A stretch of 19,132 nt of DNA from Promethearchaeota archaeon (GTDB taxonomy: Archaea; Asgardarchaeota; Lokiarchaeia; Sigyniarchaeales; SOKP01), in assembly GCA_016840165.1 (NCBI GenBank), contig JAEOSU010000093.1, positions 1 to 19,132 on the forward strand, in the 5' to 3' direction. Position 1 is the stretch's first letter. Every line of letters begins with the position of its first letter. Of the stretch, positions 17,363-19,132 are shown piece by piece. The notes below the pieces were generated by a model. That model had not been told where the DNA came from. It saw only the letters and a program-made list of their open reading frames with translations, and searched no databases. Made by a program: the position numbers and the translations under genes.

Positions 17363-17890
17363 ATGCAAGAACCAAATTATATTATAAAAATTTGCTTACT
17401 TGGGGAAGCAAATGTGGGTAAAACTTCGCTAGTATATAGATTTATTGAAAATAAATTCAGAGAGAATTATAAAAGCACCCTTGGAGTTAACTTATTAAAA
17501 AAAGATTTTAAGCTGAAGGATTATGGAGATGTATCTGCTCAGATCTGGGATTTAGGCGGGCAGGAAAGTTTCAAGAGTTTGAGAAAATTGTATCTTGAAG
17601 GTGCAAATGGTGCTTTATTGGTATTTGATACAACTAAAAAGAAGACCTTTGAAAAACTTCAAGATTGGATACAAGATTTCAAACAAGCACGAGGAGATGA
17701 GCCAATAGTACTTATTAGAAATAAAATTGATTTAAAAGATAATACAAAAGTCTCAGACAGCGAAGCTCTTGAACTTGCTGAAAGTTATGATATGAAATAT
17801 ATTTCCACATCAGCAAAAACTGGTTCAAATGTAGAAGATGCGTTCATAGAACTTACTAAGGTAATTTTAAATAAGAATTTAAACCAATAA
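17363..17890 (+). CDS. Rab-like small GTPase (Ras superfamily)
   Basis: G1 GEANVGKT, G2 YKSTLG, G3 QIWDLGGQ, G4 RNKID, G5 TSAK; FKSLRKLYLEGA and LLVFD; no prenylation motif. Confidence 0.95.
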   Translation: MQEPNYIIKICLLGEANVGKTSLVYRFIENKFRENYKSTLGVNLLKKDFKLKDYGDVSAQIWDLGGQESFKSLRKLYLEGANGALLVFDTTKKKTFEKLQDWIQDFKQARGDEPIVLIRNKIDLKDNTKVSDSEALELAESYDMKYISTSAKTGSNVEDAFIELTKVILNKNLNQ

Positions 17891-17956
17891 ATGATATAAA
17901 AACCCAAGATCTTACATTTTTTTCGTTAAATTTCTGGTTTTATCTAGAAAGTGGTT

Positions 17957-17992
17957 TTTATAAATGATTATTTATAAATGTCTTTATAAATG
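17957..17992. promoter_or_regulatory. Three tandem copies of TTTATAAATG (TATA-box array) upstream of tbp
   Basis: Exact 10-mer at 17957-17966, 17971-17980 and 17983-17992; the core TTTATAAA fits the archaeal TATA consensus and is palindromic. Confidence 0.6.
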
Positions 17993-18093
17993 ATAGTTTA
18001 TTTAAATAAAATTATATATAAAATTACGTTTTTTAATGAAAATTATCTTTTTATAATGGAATATAAATCACATTTATCAATTTATGATTGAAT

Positions 18094-18768
18094 ATGGCAG
18101 AAGAAGAAAATGAATTTGACGATCTAGAAGATGAGGAAGAAGAAGAGGGGGAAGAAGAGGAAGATTTTGACTATGAGTCTGATTTGGATTATAAAATAGA
18201 AAATGTTGTCGCAACTGTTACTGTAGAAATTACGGAAAAAATCGATCTTAATCAGATTGCTCGAAAACATGCGGAAGTAGAGTATAATCCTGAACGATTT
18301 CCTGGTTTAGTTATGCGAATTGAAAAACCAAGAGCAACCATTTTAATATTCTCAACCGGTAAAATGGTGGTAACGGGCTTACGGAAGGCTGCTGAAGCAG
18401 AACGAGTAGTAGATAAGGTTGTGAAAAATATAAGGAAAGCAGGTATTAAAGTAGCAAATCCAGAAATCACAATACAAAATATTGTGGCAAGTGGAGATCT
18501 TCATACTAATATTGACTTAAATATGGCTGCTATCGTAATGGAATATGCTATGTATGAACCAGAAGTGTTTCCGGGGTTAATATATCGTATGCAGGATCCA
18601 AAAACAGTATTTTTAATCTTCTCAACTGGAAGGATTGTATGCACGGGAGCAAAAAAAAAGGAAATTGTGAGAGAGGCTGTGAAGAAACTAAATCAGCAAG
18701 TAAGAGATTTAGGAGTTGCTAAGCGAGAATTAGATTCCTCTGATTACCAAGATATAACCTTTATTTAA
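18094..18768 (+). CDS. tbp: TATA-box-binding protein with acidic N-terminal extension
   Basis: Two TBP repeats: IENVVAT...YNPERFPGLVMRIEKPRATILIFSTGKMVVTG and IQNIVAS...YEPEVFPGLIYRMQDPKTVFLIFSTGRIVCTG. ATG 18094 preferred over TTG 18088. Confidence 0.98.
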   Translation: MAEEENEFDDLEDEEEEEGEEEEDFDYESDLDYKIENVVATVTVEITEKIDLNQIARKHAEVEYNPERFPGLVMRIEKPRATILIFSTGKMVVTGLRKAAEAERVVDKVVKNIRKAGIKVANPEITIQNIVASGDLHTNIDLNMAAIVMEYAMYEPEVFPGLIYRMQDPKTVFLIFSTGRIVCTGAKKKEIVREAVKKLNQQVRDLGVAKRELDSSDYQDITFI

Positions 18769-18778
18769 ATCTAATTAA

Positions 18779-18787
18779 ATTTTTTTT
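18779..18787 (+). terminator. Putative archaeal oligo(T) terminator after tbp
   Basis: Run of T about 10 nt after the tbp stop, in a convergent intergenic gap. Confidence 0.4.
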
Positions 18788-18849
18788 ACCTAAATTTTAA
18801 CGCATAAATATTGTTATAGGCGTAATTTTAAAGATAACTCAATTTATGA

Positions 18850-19131
18850 TTATTCTTTCTGAAATACTATCATAAATTCACAATAACTTTCCCCTGTTTG
18901 TAAGCTACAATTTACTTCTTGGGCAAAACAGTGAATATTTGTCATACGTTCAACAATACCAGCTAATAATCCTGCTTCGAATGAGCAAAAACTTCCCTCT
19001 GTTTTAATACCTTTATTAATTAAATCCTTTATTGAGGAGTGTTCCCCAAGTTTTAATTGGATAATCTCATCCGAACTGTCAGTTATCTCAATTTTTCCTA
19101 TATTATATTCTTGAACAAGCCTTTTCAATTC
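18850..19131 (-). CDS. V4R-domain protein, C-terminal part (5' truncated by the window edge)
   Basis: Canonical V4R motif GKIEI...FCSFEAGLLAGIVE....AQEVNC...GESYCEF; the frame is open to the window edge. Confidence 0.88.
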   Translation of the reverse strand, partial: ELKRLVQEYNIGKIEITDSSDEIIQLKLGEHSSIKDLINKGIKTEGSFCSFEAGLLAGIVERMTNIHCFAQEVNCSLQTGESYCEFMIVFQKE

Positions 19132-19132
19132 A

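Noticed and set aside
18252-18470. 72-aa - strand ORF
   Set aside because: Antisense shadow of tbp.

Overview
This is an AT-rich archaeal chromosomal window. Its gene content points strongly to an Asgard archaeon, most likely Lokiarchaeia; that assignment is inferred from gene families, not from a database search. Well-supported housekeeping genes are tetraether lipid synthase (tes/GDGT-MAS), a class I/II aminotransferase, a Cdc48/VCP ATPase with an HbYX tail, O-phosphoseryl-tRNA(Sec) kinase (pstK), a GIY-YIG nuclease, a DegT-family aminotransferase, acylphosphatase and TBP. Eukaryote-like signalling or trafficking parts are interspersed: two Rab-like small GTPases, two V4R (Bet3-fold) proteins, a longin-like protein, a uDENN/longin-like coiled-coil wHTH protein that appears to start at AUU, a RING-like microprotein, a PH-like zinc-ribbon protein, a LURP1/scramblase protein and a stand-alone 7TM protein. 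I saw no rRNA, tRNA, CRISPR array or transposase. The most notable unexplained signals are (i) a truncated ORF at the left edge with exact 35-aa periodicity reminiscent of nebulin/thymosin actin-binding repeats, (ii) a GC-rich ~121-nt multi-stem element at 2616-2736 that looks like an unannotated ncRNA, (iii) a possible V4R/longin/DENN-Rab regulatory module, with an EF-hand-like loop in one V4R, and (iv) a tandem TATA-box array upstream of tbp.
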